DNA of 64,000 bases from Octopus vulgaris (taxonomy: Eukaryota): the NCBI GenBank assembly GCA_951406725.2, contig OX597823.1, positions 113,894,001-113,958,000 on the forward strand, read 5' to 3'. Position numbers and translations under genes: made by a program. Below, piece after piece: positions 1-12,399 of the stretch. The notes beneath the pieces are model-generated. The model searched no databases. It was not told the DNA's origin and saw nothing but the letters and a program-made list of their open reading frames with translations. Numbering within the stretch: the stretch's first letter is position 1; the number at the start of each line of letters is the position of its first letter.

Positions 1-1244
1 GAGCAGCTTCTGTCCAGTACCTTTGATTACATCAAAGATAATAGGAAATACATTAGAATCGAACTAAAAAATATATTTGCAACTGGTGTGCTGCATCAAA
101 TACATTTAAAACTTAAAATATATAAGGAGAATGATGCCAGAGTCTGGTTTTTTGGAAGACAAATTAAATAATCTGAACATAATGTCTTAGTAGATCTCCA
201 CAGTAGTACGTAGACATGTGTATGTCAGCTACATAAGATGAGAAAGCGATATATAAGTCTCGACACAGATTGTACATAAGCTAAATATGCAATGTTTCTT
301 TGTGTGTGAGATTAACCATGACCTATACATGTAAGAATCCCTTCTCCCGATGCTACAGATGATGTCTGAGGAAACGGTATAAACTGATGCAGCTCGAAAC
401 TAGTTTTATCACAATTATTGCAGTCAGAATGCAGTAAATCGGAGCAGATATTACAAGGCTCAAGATTTGGTGCGCTAACAACTCCACCAATTCATAGCTC
501 TGAAATTCTAAATTTTCTGTGTTGTGTATTGAAAATATTTGCATGTGCGAAGGATATATGTGATCAAGTATAAACATAAATATATACATGAGACCGCATC
601 CGCATAGCTGAAACGAATAAAAGAATGAAATGATGGCGGTATTTTCCCAACATCAACCCCAGATATTGTTTCAGTCAGCTGGCATCAATACGTGTAGTCA
701 GCTCTCCTGTATCTATGGGCTTGTGCTTTTGATACTCAAAAACTTACAGTAGTATCTTGTACCAAGCCACTCTCATTAATTAACCATTCAATTAGTGGTA
801 ATAATTTCTCTTTAGTTGCTGCAGACACTCTCTGCATTCACTGTTTCATTACCACAGTTTTATACATTAAGCATTACTTCATATGGGTTTACTGCTAAAA
901 TAAATTAGGATTATGTAGAATTAGTTAAAAGCGGCCTAGGTGCAGTACTTAGGTTTGGACATTAACGATGAACAAAAAACGAAATTCAAGTAAAAGGAAA
1001 GACAGAGAAGTTATGCTGCAGCAAAATATGTTGGCAAAGCTAAAAAGGCAGCCACAGAAACGAGTAGCTGATATTATCAACTTTTCTTAAGGAGTATACG
1101 TGATTGAACATGTTCTATGAAATTATAGGAATATACAAAAATGTTTAAACAGTTTTGATAGAACTTATGGGATGAAAAATTTAATATACTTATGGGTTTA
1201 TGTGTGTGTGTGTGTGCAACTCCTCCGATGAGCGAGCTATTGTT

Positions 1245-2065
1245 TTTTTTATGTCTTTGAGGGTACGGTTAAGTACCTCTGGAGCCCCATGATATGACAG
1301 TGCACTCATACAAAACAATGAAGTAAGTTTGTTGGAGAACTGTTGCCGCTGCTGTGTTTTCGAAAATGTTGCACATTTGACATTCTTTCATTGCGATGTG
1401 TGGAGGGAGCTTGAATATGGAATGAACAGTTCTTCACCCACTGAGGAAGGCAGCTGCGATACCAGAAGATGCAGCACTGGAAGATTAGATTTTTATTTCC
1501 TCCCATTTAGGTTGCAGGTGCAAATGACAAAAATATTTGGTTTTCCATATGTCCTGACATATGTCATTGCATCTTGTGTCCATTCGAGCATATATAGAGG
1601 ACCACCTGTGAATGATGATGCAAGGATTATAAGTTGCCCCATGTTTTGAATATCACCATCTGTTTTTCAGAGCATCTTTGAAATCAGCATAATTTTTAGT
1701 CCTCAACATGTTTTGGATGGCACGAATGCAGAGGAGACACTGCTGAAATAGATCACGATCACGATATATGTGTAACGAATTTGATTGTTCTAGTCTTCAC
1801 TTTAGTTACTAAGAATGGAAGTCATTTGACGACACCTATTTGTTTGTAATTGGTGCTCCTATTGCAGGTTCAATCTGGGGAATATTGAAATGAAACCCAT
1901 CTTGTCCATTCCACAAACAAAGAGGATCCTTTGGAGCATCCTAAGAGCGATGAGTTTCTGAAAAACGTTTAAGTTTGTTATCTCGAGCACGAATGACAAT
2001 GTCACAATATTCATGGGGATCGCCTACTATAAGGATGGCGACTTTATTAGATGTGGACTCGTTAA
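1245..2065 (-). pseudogene. Helitron RepHel remnant (Rep-associated N-terminal domain joined by internal deletion to Pif1-like helicase motifs)
   Basis: Manual minus-strand translation gives NKVAILIVGD..DIVIRARDNKLKRFSETHRS*DA and IILASSFTGGPLYMLEWTQDAMTYVRTYGKPNIFVICTCN (cf. Helitron LPSSFTGGPRYM..QDAM.YVR.YG.PDLFITFTCNP), then AASSGIAAAFLSG*RTVHSIFKLP..CNI..VLQQTYFIVLYECT (Pif1 helicase). Several stops and frameshifts. Confidence 0.9.
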
Positions 2066-2162
2066 AACGGCGTAAAATGTCCTTTACTAACGTTTACTCT
2101 TGATATAACGCACGCGAAATCACACACGCTTTCATAGAATTAATAAGATTGCGAAACAGCAG

Positions 2163-2973
2163 GGCGGCAAACTGGCAGAGACGTTAGCGCGCCGGGAGAA
2201 ATGCTTAGCGGTATTTCGTCTGCCGCTATGTTCTGTGTTCAAATTCCGCCGAGGTTTACTTTGCCTTTCATCCTTTCGGGGTCGATAAAATACGTACCAG
2301 TTACGCACTGGGGTCGATATATTCGACTTAATCCGTTTGTCTGTCCTTGTTTGTCCTCTCTGTGTTTAGCCCCTTGTGGGTAGTAAAAAATAGGTATTTC
2401 GTCTGTGTTTACGTTCTGTGTTCAAATTCCGCCGAGGTCGACTTTGCCTTTCATCCTTTCGGGGTCGATAAATTGAGTACCATTTACGCACAGCGGTCGA
2501 TGTAATCGACTTAATCCCTTTGTCTGTCCTTGTTTGTCCCCTCTATGTTTAGCCCCTTGTCTTTCATCTGTCTTTACGTCCTGAGGTCTAATCGACTAGC
2601 CCCTCCCCCAAAATTTCGGACCTTTTGCCTTGAGAAGAAAAGAATATTGAGAAATAGAAAGGTGGCGAGCTGGCAGAAACGTTAGCACGCCGAGCGAAAT
2701 GCTTAGCGTTATTTCGTCTGTCTTTATGTTGTGAGTTCAAGTTCCGCCGATGTCTAATATACTGTTCCCCTCCCCAAAAATGTTGGGCCTTGTGCCTAGA
2801 GTAGAAAAGAATATTGAGAAACAGCAAGGCGGCTATCTGGCAGAAACGTTAGCACGCCGTGCGAAATGATTAGCGTTATTTTGTCTGTCTTTAAGTTCTA
2901 AGGTCAAATTCCGCCGAGGTTGACTTTGCCATTCAGGGTCGATAAATTAAGTACTAGAGTAGAAAACAATATT
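2163..2973 (+). mobile_element. SINE family A, composite head-to-tail array (about 5 partial units)
   Basis: tRNA-like head ggcggc-(g)agctggcagaaacgttagc with B-box gttcaaattcc and body gtcgactttgcctttcatcctttcggggtcgataaattaagtacc. Restarts at about 2393, 2661 and 2828. Same sequence at 43608, 55396 and 61095. Confidence 0.85.
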
Positions 2974-3607
2974 GTGAAAGAGAAAATCGTACACACACGA
3001 AGCTCAAGCGAAACGAAATGAAGTCAATAAAGGTACAAAACATACTTTCTCTAGCATAGGTATGCTATAAAAAATTTTTGCTAGGGAAAGTTTCCAAAAG
3101 AAGTATTCCAGCGTCGGATAGTCATCAATTTAGCAAAAATTATTAAGCGTCATCAACGTAACGAAGTACAGAATGTCAATATTTATTTCGAACGTAAATC
3201 TCCAAGACAATTCAGAAAGCATTATTCAATTCTTCATACAAAAATAATTTATTTTACAATTTTTAAACGAATGCTGAACAAAGTGTGTACAACAGAATAT
3301 GTTGCTGTTGTGAACATTAATTAATTTAAAACATTTGCTGAAGGATGTATGTAGCAAGACATAAGTTAATTTGACATTGCTTACTATATATTTTAAACGT
3401 GTAAATTTACAGGTTATAGAATAAAATTCGGTAATTTTTACTTATTCTGTGTAGCTAAGAAGACATGATTTGGCAAAACATCTGTTGAATAGTTGGGTTC
3501 TGACACATAATTTTATAATTCCCATTCGAACATTGTATATGTGTGTAAAGGTACATATATGTGTATAAATGTATGTGTCTCCATGTGTGACATGGTGCTT
3601 GTGCGTG

Positions 3608-3662
<55 letters not shown>

Positions 3663-3683
3663 ATATATATATATATTTGTATA

Positions 3684-3745
<62 letters not shown>

Positions 3746-4397
3746 TATATGTGTATATATATGTGTGTGTGTGCATGTGTGTGTATGTATATATGCATGT
3801 ATACGAGTGTGTCTGTTTTTCCTCATTGTTCTGTGATTTAAATATGTGCGGCTACACGCACAGCAACATGTATATATCCACACATATATACACAGAAACT
3901 GCAATAAGAGAAGCACTTCTAGCAAGATTTACTCGGATGATAATTTTGTGCACAAAAGTATCGCCATGATGAGAAATTGCTTTTGCGAAGTGAAGACAAA
4001 ACAGTTCCTAATCATGGGTTTAATGTTAACCTATCGTTAAAATGTTATGAAGAAATAATTCGCTTATAGTTTAAAGTAATCTTATAAAGAAAGCTCACCG
4101 GTTTTTTCCTAATCTTGTTTAATAAGAGAGAAGGCAGTTTTCACTGCATTGGAAATCATGAGTAACATCGCGTGCACACACACAAACAAACACACAAAAA
4201 CATATACATACACACACAAACACACATACCCACGCACAGTGACACGCACACCTACTCACACATATACATCCATTGACGCGCACAAATACATATATGTACT
4301 AGTATGAATCTATGAATGTATATGTGATGTAGAACGACTCAGTTTTATGAGCTGAAAACTTGTGGTATAAGATATCTGTACTGAAGGCTGAGTCAGG

Positions 4398-4590
4398 TAT
4401 TTTTTCTCTAGTTTCAGCTCAGAGCTGCGGCCATGGGGATGCACCACCGTGTTGCTACACTGTTATTACTAAGAACCTCCTCTAATATGTGGCACTTGGT
4501 GAAGAATGGAGTTCGATATAGCTGCCCTCATTTGCAGCTCTTGAGGTAGGTTCATCTGGGACTCTCGACAAGAAGATGTCCAGATTTGGT
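4398..4590 (-). mobile_element. CR1/L2-group LINE, extreme 3' end
   Basis: Minus strand reads NLDIFLSRVPDEPT..MRAAISNSILHQ, followed by a tail ggtgcatccccatggccgcagctctgagctgaaac-A-rich homologous to 12930-12985. Confidence 0.7.
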
Positions 4591-4696
4591 TCATATATGT
4601 AGTTTGTTCATATTTGTGAAACAGCTGTAAACGAATAGAAGTAATTGCGTACTACTGCTTCTGTATCAGCCATCAATTGATGTATAAGTATGTATG

Positions 4697-4761
<65 letters not shown>

Positions 4762-4841
4762 GTGTGTGTGTGTAGAAGGTGTCTCAACAGTTTCAATTTT
4801 TAATAACTTTACAAATAAATGCATCACACACACACGCACAT

Positions 4842-4884
<43 letters not shown>

Positions 4885-4892
<8 letters not shown>

Positions 4893-5200
4893 TAAGGGTA
4901 GAAATTGATATTTATCAATTAAAACCAGTGGTCTAGCATATTAAAAAAGAATCCGAAGATTAAAATATTTATATATACCAATTAAGGACTGAACACGAAA
5001 AGTGGACAGTCAACATGCTAGATATATACGTCAAATTGCCATTCTCCACGAATCGTATATTTTCACTTGTTTATTGCTTCGGTTTTGTGCTGAGTTTGAT
5101 TTGAGAACAAAATGTTTTGTGGAGAATGGCGATTTGACGTCTATATCTAGCATGTTGACTGTCAACTTTTCGTGTTCAGTCCTTAATTGGGATATATATA
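4885..5200. repeat. Microsatellite-flanked short element with an internal ~78-bp inverted repeat
   Basis: Arms of about 4972-5050 and 5117-5200 are reverse complements (ccaattaaggactgaacacgaaaag...gccattctccac). The 5' part aagggtagaaattgata recurs at 19410, 27190-27280 (-) and 42690-42750 (-). Confidence 0.8.
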
Positions 5201-5297
5201 TCTATATATATATATATATACATATTTCAATATGTGACCACGTGTGTATCATTGGCGATTTTCTTTCTCCGTCTTCCGTTCTTAAGACATTTTCTAT

Positions 5298-5332
5298 ATT
5301 TCTGATGAAGAGCTCTGCTCGAAATGTGAAAT
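5298..5332 (+). ncRNA. Minimal type-I hammerhead motif, probably inactive
   Basis: attt-CTGATGA-a-GAGC tct GCTC-GAAA-tg-TG-aaat. Core and stems I/II present, but position 17 is G and the stem III palindrome is broken. Lies in a ~210-bp element (5220-5430) homologous to 41165-41380. Confidence 0.7.
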
Positions 5333-5429
5333 CCTCTTTCTTTTCTTTCCTTTCCTGAGTACCCAATAACACTGTACTTATTTCACGTCCTCTCGTTGTT
5401 GTTTTTTCTTGCTTGTTCATGTTTGGATT

Positions 5430-5489
<60 letters not shown>

Positions 5490-6224
5490 GTTTATATATT
5501 TGTTGTGCAAGATTTTTTTATGTGAAGTCGTGTGTTGAAACAGATACTGTTATATTTCGGAATGGTCATATTGCCAGTTTAGCCAATAAAAACACACGCA
5601 CTATATATTTGGTGTTATTTTGCTTCATTGTTATTTATTTTTTATATTAATCTTAATCTTATTTCGGCCCGAGTTATTTCGTCACATTCCTATGGCCGCA
5701 TCAGTGGTCCTTTGTTTTCTTCTTTCTTATTTGTGTCTTTCCTTACTAACCGTCAGCCATTTTGTATTTCTATTGTATGTCTTCATTTGCGCATGCTTAT
5801 ATCTCTATGTGCGTCTATGTTTATTTAGTGTGTGTGGGGGGGATGCCTCTAATATTTGTATCTTCCTCTTATATACGTTCATGTTATTTGTTTTTGTTGT
5901 TGTTTTTGTTTATTCTTATTTTGTTCACGTGTTTACATCCACTTATTATTATTATCATTACGTATGCTTGTATGGATGTATGTATAACAACAATACTAGT
6001 AATAATACTACTACTACTACTACTACTAATAATAATAATGAATGAAAAAATCTTTTAAATTAAATAAAAAAAACTCATATAGTTATTTATTTCTATTTGT
6101 TTATTTATCTGTGTATTTTTTTTATTATGTTTTCGGTTTTGTTTATGTGGTAACCAGTTTATGGGGGATCATCTACCGTCATATGTTGTGGTGTGTGCTA
6201 GTGTTCCATTCCAGTTTCCGAAAT

Positions 6225-6335
<111 letters not shown>

Positions 6336-6648
6336 TGTGTGTGTGTGTACTTTATTTAAAAACAGCAGAAATATAACAAAATTGTTACTCAGAGTTTTAC
6401 GTTCCCGTAAAATAGATAATATTACTCTACCTCTGGTATTTGCCAGGGGAATTCTCATTAGTACATATATATATATATTAATAGCTATCGCCATACTAAT
6501 ATGGTAGTCTATAAATATAAGACTAAAGCTATCGCTGATTAGCTCCAAAAGGCCATCGCCTCTAGCTAGCTATATGACACACGAAACTGCGTCCATTACA
6601 ACCTTCGAACATGGGAGGTCAGCCGCTTCCCCTTGCTAGTCAGACATC

Positions 6649-6687
6649 TGCAAACATGTTTCAGGGTTGTTGCCCTTTATCAATGTA
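6649..6687 (-). ncRNA. Hammerhead-like motif, U3/A8 core variant (left-arm copy)
   Basis: Reverse complement reads taca-TTGATAA-AGGG caacaa CCCT-GAAA-CATG-TT-tgca. Confidence 0.5.
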
Positions 6688-6894
6688 TACACGAACAGAG
6701 AAACATACAGACACGGACAAATGAGCTTTTGTGTGTAAATATGTTTATGGATATATATGTAAACATCGCTGTCTCAGTTTCTCTATATCTCTCTCTAATT
6801 TAATTGTTTTCCATACTTATAGTTGAAAGAGTTTCAATGACAGAAACCGGTACTGAGATGTTTTTTATAAAATTATTTTAGTAATTTCTACCTT

Positions 6895-6936
<42 letters not shown>

Positions 6937-7510
6937 TCTCGCGTTTTCCTATGAATGAGCAAAAAAATTAATTTGTCATCCGTAGTTCATCAGTAGGATC
7001 GCTAAAACAATGGCATAGTTGTGTATATATATATATTAGTAGTTATAGCCATACTAATATGGTAGTCTATAAATATAAGACTAAAGCTGTTGCTGATTAG
7101 CTCCAAGAGGCCATCGTCTCTAGCTAACTATATGACACACGAACCTGCGTCAAATATATATATATATATATATGCACAAACTATGTCATTGATTTACGAT
7201 CTTACTGATGAACTACGCATGACAAGTTAATTTTTTTGCTCATTCATAGGAAAACGCGAGAATATATATATATATGTGTGTGTGTGTATATATATATACA
7301 GTCAAGGTCGAAATGACTAAAATAATTTTATAAAAAACATCTCAGTACCGGTTTCTGTCATTGAAACTCTTTCAACTATAAGTATGGATAACAATTAAAT
7401 TAGAGAGAGATAGAGAGAAACTGAGACAGCGATGTTTACATATATATCCATAAACATATTTACACACAAAAGCTCTTTTGTCAGTGTCTGTATGTTTCTC
7501 TGTTCGTGTA

Positions 7511-7549
7511 TACATTGATAAAGGGCAACAACCCTGAAACATGTATGCA
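7511..7549 (+). ncRNA. Hammerhead-like motif, U3/A8 core variant (right-arm copy)
   Basis: taca-TTGATAA-AGGG caacaa CCCT-GAAA-CATG-TA-tgca. Palindromic stem III ACATGT; stem I is weak (one mismatch in 4 bp). Confidence 0.55.
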
Positions 7550-8241
7550 CTCAACAAATATCTTCACACCGAAACACCTAACACCAATCATATGTGTACA
7601 AAAGAAAGAACTAAAAGCAATAGTTTATTATTTCATATTATCCTCCAGAACAGTACATTATTCATTAAACAATAAAAGTAGCGGGTGTTGTAAATCGCTA
7701 TGCTCATTATTTCTGTTCGTAGAGAGAAAACATTTTTGATGTCAAGCATTTACAACGTCACTACTGAGTTTAACGTCAGGAAGGATCATATTTTTATTTG
7801 CAGTCCGATCCTACTTTAAAATAATATTTCTATTATAATTCTACTTGTTTGATCGATCAGCCGTTCCGTTTTAGTTTGTTAATGAGAAGGGAGTTGAGTG
7901 AGAGTGACAAAGAGGGAGGGAGAGCGGGAGAAAAGGAGGGGAAGGAGAGATACCTCCTTCCACTGACACAGTGAATAAGGTAGCAGAAGGCCTTACCATA
8001 CTGTCATGGGATTAGAAGTGGGAGGTGACAAGAAATAGAAAAACTTTAACGATTTCAAGAGGGGAATTACTTGCTTAAAATTATGTTGAAGAGGTAGTAG
8101 AGAGAGAGGGGGAGAGAAAAAATATAAAATGTTTAGTAAGAGAGAAAATTTGCAACTGAGTAAAATACCTTAATAATATAACTCTGGACGATATTTATAT
8201 ATATATATATACATATATATCTATATATTTATATATATATG

Positions 8242-8333
<92 letters not shown>

Positions 8334-8354
8334 ATATATATATATATATATAAA

Positions 8355-8610
8355 TATACGCGGAGTAGATGAAACAGAGGTGACTGAAGAAGGGGAATTT
8401 TCCTTGTGTTGTATGTCCTGTATTCTATTTTTTCGTTGTTTAAGAAAAATATCCATTTCCTTGGTTTTGTGTTTATGTTTTCGTTTCTCATTGTATTCGA
8501 CGTGTTTTTGTGTCCTGTACCCATATATGCATGTGTATATACATGTAGATGTAGGTACGTACATATATATATGTATATTTGCATATGTTTTATTTATTAA
8601 TTTGTTGTTT
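8355..8610 (+). repeat. Short (TA)n-flanked dispersed repeat
   Basis: Homologous over ~250 bp to 41460-41715 on the minus strand (ctgaagaaggggaat...gtcctgtac.catatatgcat...ttattaa.ttgttg). Confidence 0.75.
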
Positions 8611-8627
8611 ATATATATATATATATA

Positions 8628-9830
8628 CAGGGTGCGTAAGTTAAATAACACGTTGTTGGGGATTATTGCGGCATTTTCTGCTAACTCTGTGTAATCTTTG
8701 ATTCAGAAAATAATAATGACCGACACTCAGCTAACTCAAGAAATGAATAGGCATGCTGTTATTGTGGTTAGAAAGGCAGAGAATAGAGATTTAGAAATAT
8801 CTCGATTTTTGAATGTTGCCTGATCTTTCGTCTACAAAGTTTGTAAGGAGCTAGAGACAGAAGAAACGTATCCAAACATAAAAAGCATTCTAAACGTTCT
8901 GAAATCATCAGAACATCTGAATTTATCCAGCAAGTCCAACAGACCATTGATTACAATCCCAGAAACTCCATGAGGTTAATTGCAAAAGATCTCCATGTGT
9001 CAGAAGTAACAGTTAGAAATGTGGTCCACAAAGACGTCAGATGTATCTTATATGATGAGAGAAGATCAATTTGTCAGAAACTGCAAAAGAAAATCACTAC
9101 ATCAGATCTAAAAGGCTCTTAAACAAACTGGAAAATGCAGCAGATTTGATTTGTTTTTTCTCAAACGAGCAAAACTTCGACCAAGATCAAAAAGTTAACT
9201 GAAGAAATGACAGATGGATATGTGCAGACACTTCTGAAGTTCCAAGTGTTAAAAGCATACAAAATTTCCTGCAGCTGCCACGATTTTAGGGGCTGTCAGC
9301 AATGAAGGGCATGTGATGCCGCTTTGCTTCTTTCCACAATATTTAACTCTGCCACCTACATAGAGGTCCTGGAAATAATTGTTAAGCCCAAGATAGACAG
9401 GGTATGCAATGGAAGGTCATATGTGTTTCACTAAGACTCTGCACTATCACATTTGGCTCTAGTAACACACGAATGGGTGGCTGAAAATTTTCATGATCAC
9501 ATAACTCCCAATATTTGGTCTCCTAATTCCCCAGATCTCAATACTTGGACTATTACACGTGGAACGTTGTTGAGAGAGAGGTCAATGAACACGTCCATAA
9601 CACCAAAGATTCTTTCAAACCTGCCATAGTGAGAGTAATGTCCAAAATGAAGCAAGACCGCTTGATTCGAGCATGAAGTGGATTTAGATCTCATATAGAA
9701 GCATTTGTTGAAGCTGAAGATAAATTTATTGAATAACATCAAAGAAAAGAACGTTTATCTTTATCCTCATAGCATTGTTTGATAAATAATATTATTATCT
9801 TTCATCTGTTATTTTTTTTTTATAAACATC
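8628..9830 (+). mobile_element. Tc1/mariner DD37D (maT/Bmmar1-like) element, degraded; transposase about 8716-9736
   Basis: Left end TA-CAGGGTG. Translation MTDTQLTQEMNRHAVIV..EISRFLNVA..SMRLIAKDLHVSE..FFSNEQNFDQ..DSALSH..WSPNSPDLN-LDYYTW..FVEAEDKFIE*. 37 residues between the 2nd and 3rd D after repairing a 1-bp deletion. Many stops; right TIR not found. Confidence 0.9.
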
Positions 9831-9845
9831 TGGATCAAAGTCTGT

Positions 9846-10961
9846 TGATCCGTTAATCGTTAATTAACGAAGTTAACATTTTCGTTAACGATTTAAATTT
9901 AAAGCTAACTTTGAAAACCATTATCGGACTAATTAAGTTCCATTATATTTAGCTTCCATTAACCAAAGTCCTTTAACCTAAAAATTTCATAAAAGCCGGT
10001 AAACGTTTAAAATTTTCTCTTGTTTTTAGATTTCTTAGCATATATAACAGTGTACGCGTCAATATTTCAGCCTATTGTAATACCTTTACGATTTTAAATT
10101 ATAAAATCAGCATTTTTAACTCTGAAGCAAAAATTTTAAAACTATAGTTTTGGGTTCTAAAGCCCACAAAAAGGCCAAAAAAGCTAATTTTATAGCTTTG
10201 GCACTTTTTATCGCTTTAGTGTTTAAACCGACCAAAACCCGTTGTATATAACTCCTCTACGAAATCTTTCAAAAAAATAAACAAATAACGTTTGTGAATT
10301 CACTTAGCTTTGAGATGATATGAAGGCTTATCTTCCAGAAAGCACAGAACTCAGGGAAATGCAAAATTAACTGAGGTGGATGTCAACAGAGCAATATTGA
10401 CTCGCATTAAGTGGAAAAAATAAATGGAAGGAAAAAAGTTGGTAAATATTTCGGTGTGAACGCAAATAGTTGTTACGTGGTAGCAGAGCATGCTAGAAAA
10501 GCAGCCAAATCTTTACTTTTCTGGAGAAAGGAGCCGTTTACGCGTGATTTCGACGTCACATACGTCGAAAGCATGCAAAATAAGCTTGAAAAGGAAAAAG
10601 ACCTGTGAAACAAAACTCGCTTGGTGGGTAAACCTTTGAGGTCTCCTCCACCCCTCCCACCTTTCTTTTCGGCAAAACAGCGGCTTTCGGCGGGTTTGGC
10701 GGTCAGATACGTTCAATGCATCCGAAAAAACTGTGGAAAAAAATTATTCCACACCAGGGGTACGAAATATTTATCGAAAGAGGTTATGAGGCAACAAAGT
10801 CGATGGGGCATTTAACTGTAATTATTTTCAATAAAAGTTAACGTTAACGGATAACCGTTAACTTCCGTTACATTTTCAAAAGAATTAACAGAGTAATGAT
10901 TTTTGATAAACAGATTAACGATTAATGTAGTTAACTTTTCGATTAACGGTGTCCACCTCTG
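9846..10961. mobile_element. Non-autonomous DNA element, probably hAT-like, with GTTAAC/TTAACG subterminal repeats
   Basis: Right end reverse complement is CAGAGGTGGACACCGTTAATCGAAAAGTTAAC. Clusters of gttaac/cgttaat at both 9846-9900 and 10838-10950. Outermost left terminus missing. Confidence 0.6.
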
Positions 10962-10967
10962 TATATA

Positions 10968-11030
<63 letters not shown>

Positions 11031-11082
11031 TCACATACACACACACACACATATATATATATTTCTATATACATATATATAT

Positions 11083-11700
11083 AGCACGACAGCTCCTCGT
11101 CCGAATTAAGGAGCGTCTCACCACTAACGCGTCCTCCTTCTGTAGCACCTGATCAGAAGTGGCAACACTACCAAGGAAATAGACACTTTCAGACTAATCT
11201 CTGAGAATTAAACCAGCAATTTACTTATACTTACAAAAAAGGTTCTGCTAATCCACCGCTTCAACCCGAAGATTAACAGTCGATCGGAGCAGAACCGATG
11301 GCTCCTATGACAGCAGCCTACAACAGCAGCTAAAATTCGTTTGCACCAACTCTCCGACAGCCGGCAATATCTAAAAGTTGACTGCCACTACTACGACTAA
11401 TATTTGGCCGTCATACTACAAATGGTGAGTAGCTTATAGCAGCAGCTGGGTGTTCACTGTTTCTTTATACCAATGCGTTGGACGTTGATTACACGTACGT
11501 TTGGAGAGCGACTGCTATTGTTACATAAACTCTGGACATTACGAATGGATTAACGGATCATATATAACTGGATTTTTCTGAGATCCTCTTTTTCTTTTGA
11601 AGATCCGTTTAACGCCTGAAATATAAAGGTTTTATTAAACTTTCCGCACTGTCAGAAGCTGTCTATTTTGTCTCTTTTTAAATTCTACGATATTACAATA
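11083..11700 (+). mobile_element. Penelope-like element 3' fragment (GIY-YIG endonuclease C-terminal part plus 3' UTR)
   Basis: Frameshifted translation [11 protein letters not shown]...SSFC.HL...VLLIHRFNPKINSRSEQ matches the PLE pattern T.R.L..RIKEH..E.LLI...KP.IN. Begins abruptly at a (TA)n tract. Decayed hammerhead-like string near 11595-11630. Confidence 0.65.
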
Positions 11701-11708
11701 CATATATA

Positions 11709-11942
11709 CAGGGTGTCCCAAAAGTAGGTTTACAGTTATCACGTAAGCACTTTAAATTTCTTTTGAAACATTTTATTACATTTAAATTTCCATCTTACAA
11801 ACTGAATAGGGAGCTTGACAAAATTAACTAAAATAGTATAGAATATTGGTTTCATATTTTTTATTATTAAGATCTGAACTGTTAATACATAAATGCGAAA
11901 GAGATAGTTGAATAGCCGTAAAACTACTTTTGGCCCACCCTG
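11709..11942. mobile_element. Tc1/mariner-type MITE, 234 bp
   Basis: TIRs CAGGGTGTCCCAAAAGTAGGTTTACAGTTA / CAGGGTGGGCCAAAAGTAGTTTTACGGCTA (25/30 identical), TA on both sides. Confidence 0.9.
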
Positions 11943-11949
11943 TATAATA

Positions 11950-12241
11950 AGCTGTCCTATTGTGAGACCACACGAGGGTTCTACAATCTTTTGCTGGACA
12001 ACCACACAGTTGGGATTTTTTTATGGTGATTAAATATTTGTGCTCACGTAAGCTCACTCCCTCCATCAAACCGGCCTAACGTGCACAGATCCACTACGTG
12101 ACGCATATTAGGTAACGAGATAATCGCAGAGCAACGTGAAATGAAGTATCTTGCTCAAGAAGTCAATGCCGAGTCTGAGAGTCGAAATCTCGATCTCACA
12201 ATCGTGTGCGCAACACCCAAACCACAAAGCCATGCACCTTC
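11950..12241 (-). mobile_element. Degenerate tRNA-derived SINE (head and body related to 51756-52014)
   Basis: Reverse complement gaaggtgcatggctttgtggtttgggtg...ttcttgagcaagatacttcatttcacgttgctc. Confidence 0.65.
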
Positions 12242-12399
12242 ACACACACGTACACACAGGTACATATATATGCACATGAGCAAATATGCAACATTCTATG
12301 GGCGGAGCACAAGCAACACTATGCAGACGAGCAGAGATCATTCGGAACCATTAAAAAAATATACCGTGCTTCACCTACAGAGAACTTTCGTTCTTAATC

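Larger units (their letters stand above)
6470..7549. repeat. Partial-tandem plus inverted duplication (A-C-A-C')
   Basis: Block 6470-6592 is directly repeated at about 7033-7152 (period 558). Block 6648-7030 is inverted at about 7160-7549. Confidence 0.9.

Noticed and set aside
1329-1649. 106-aa plus-strand ORF
   Set aside because: It is antisense to the Helitron remnant.
7206-7230. CTGATGA in the inverted arms (also 6987-6993, minus)
   Set aside because: No paired stem II plus GAAA downstream.
8376-8405. CTGAAGA/CTGATGA-agggg motif (also 41665-41677, minus) as a hammerhead
   Set aside because: No GAAA follows the putative stem II and no consistent stems I/III could be built.
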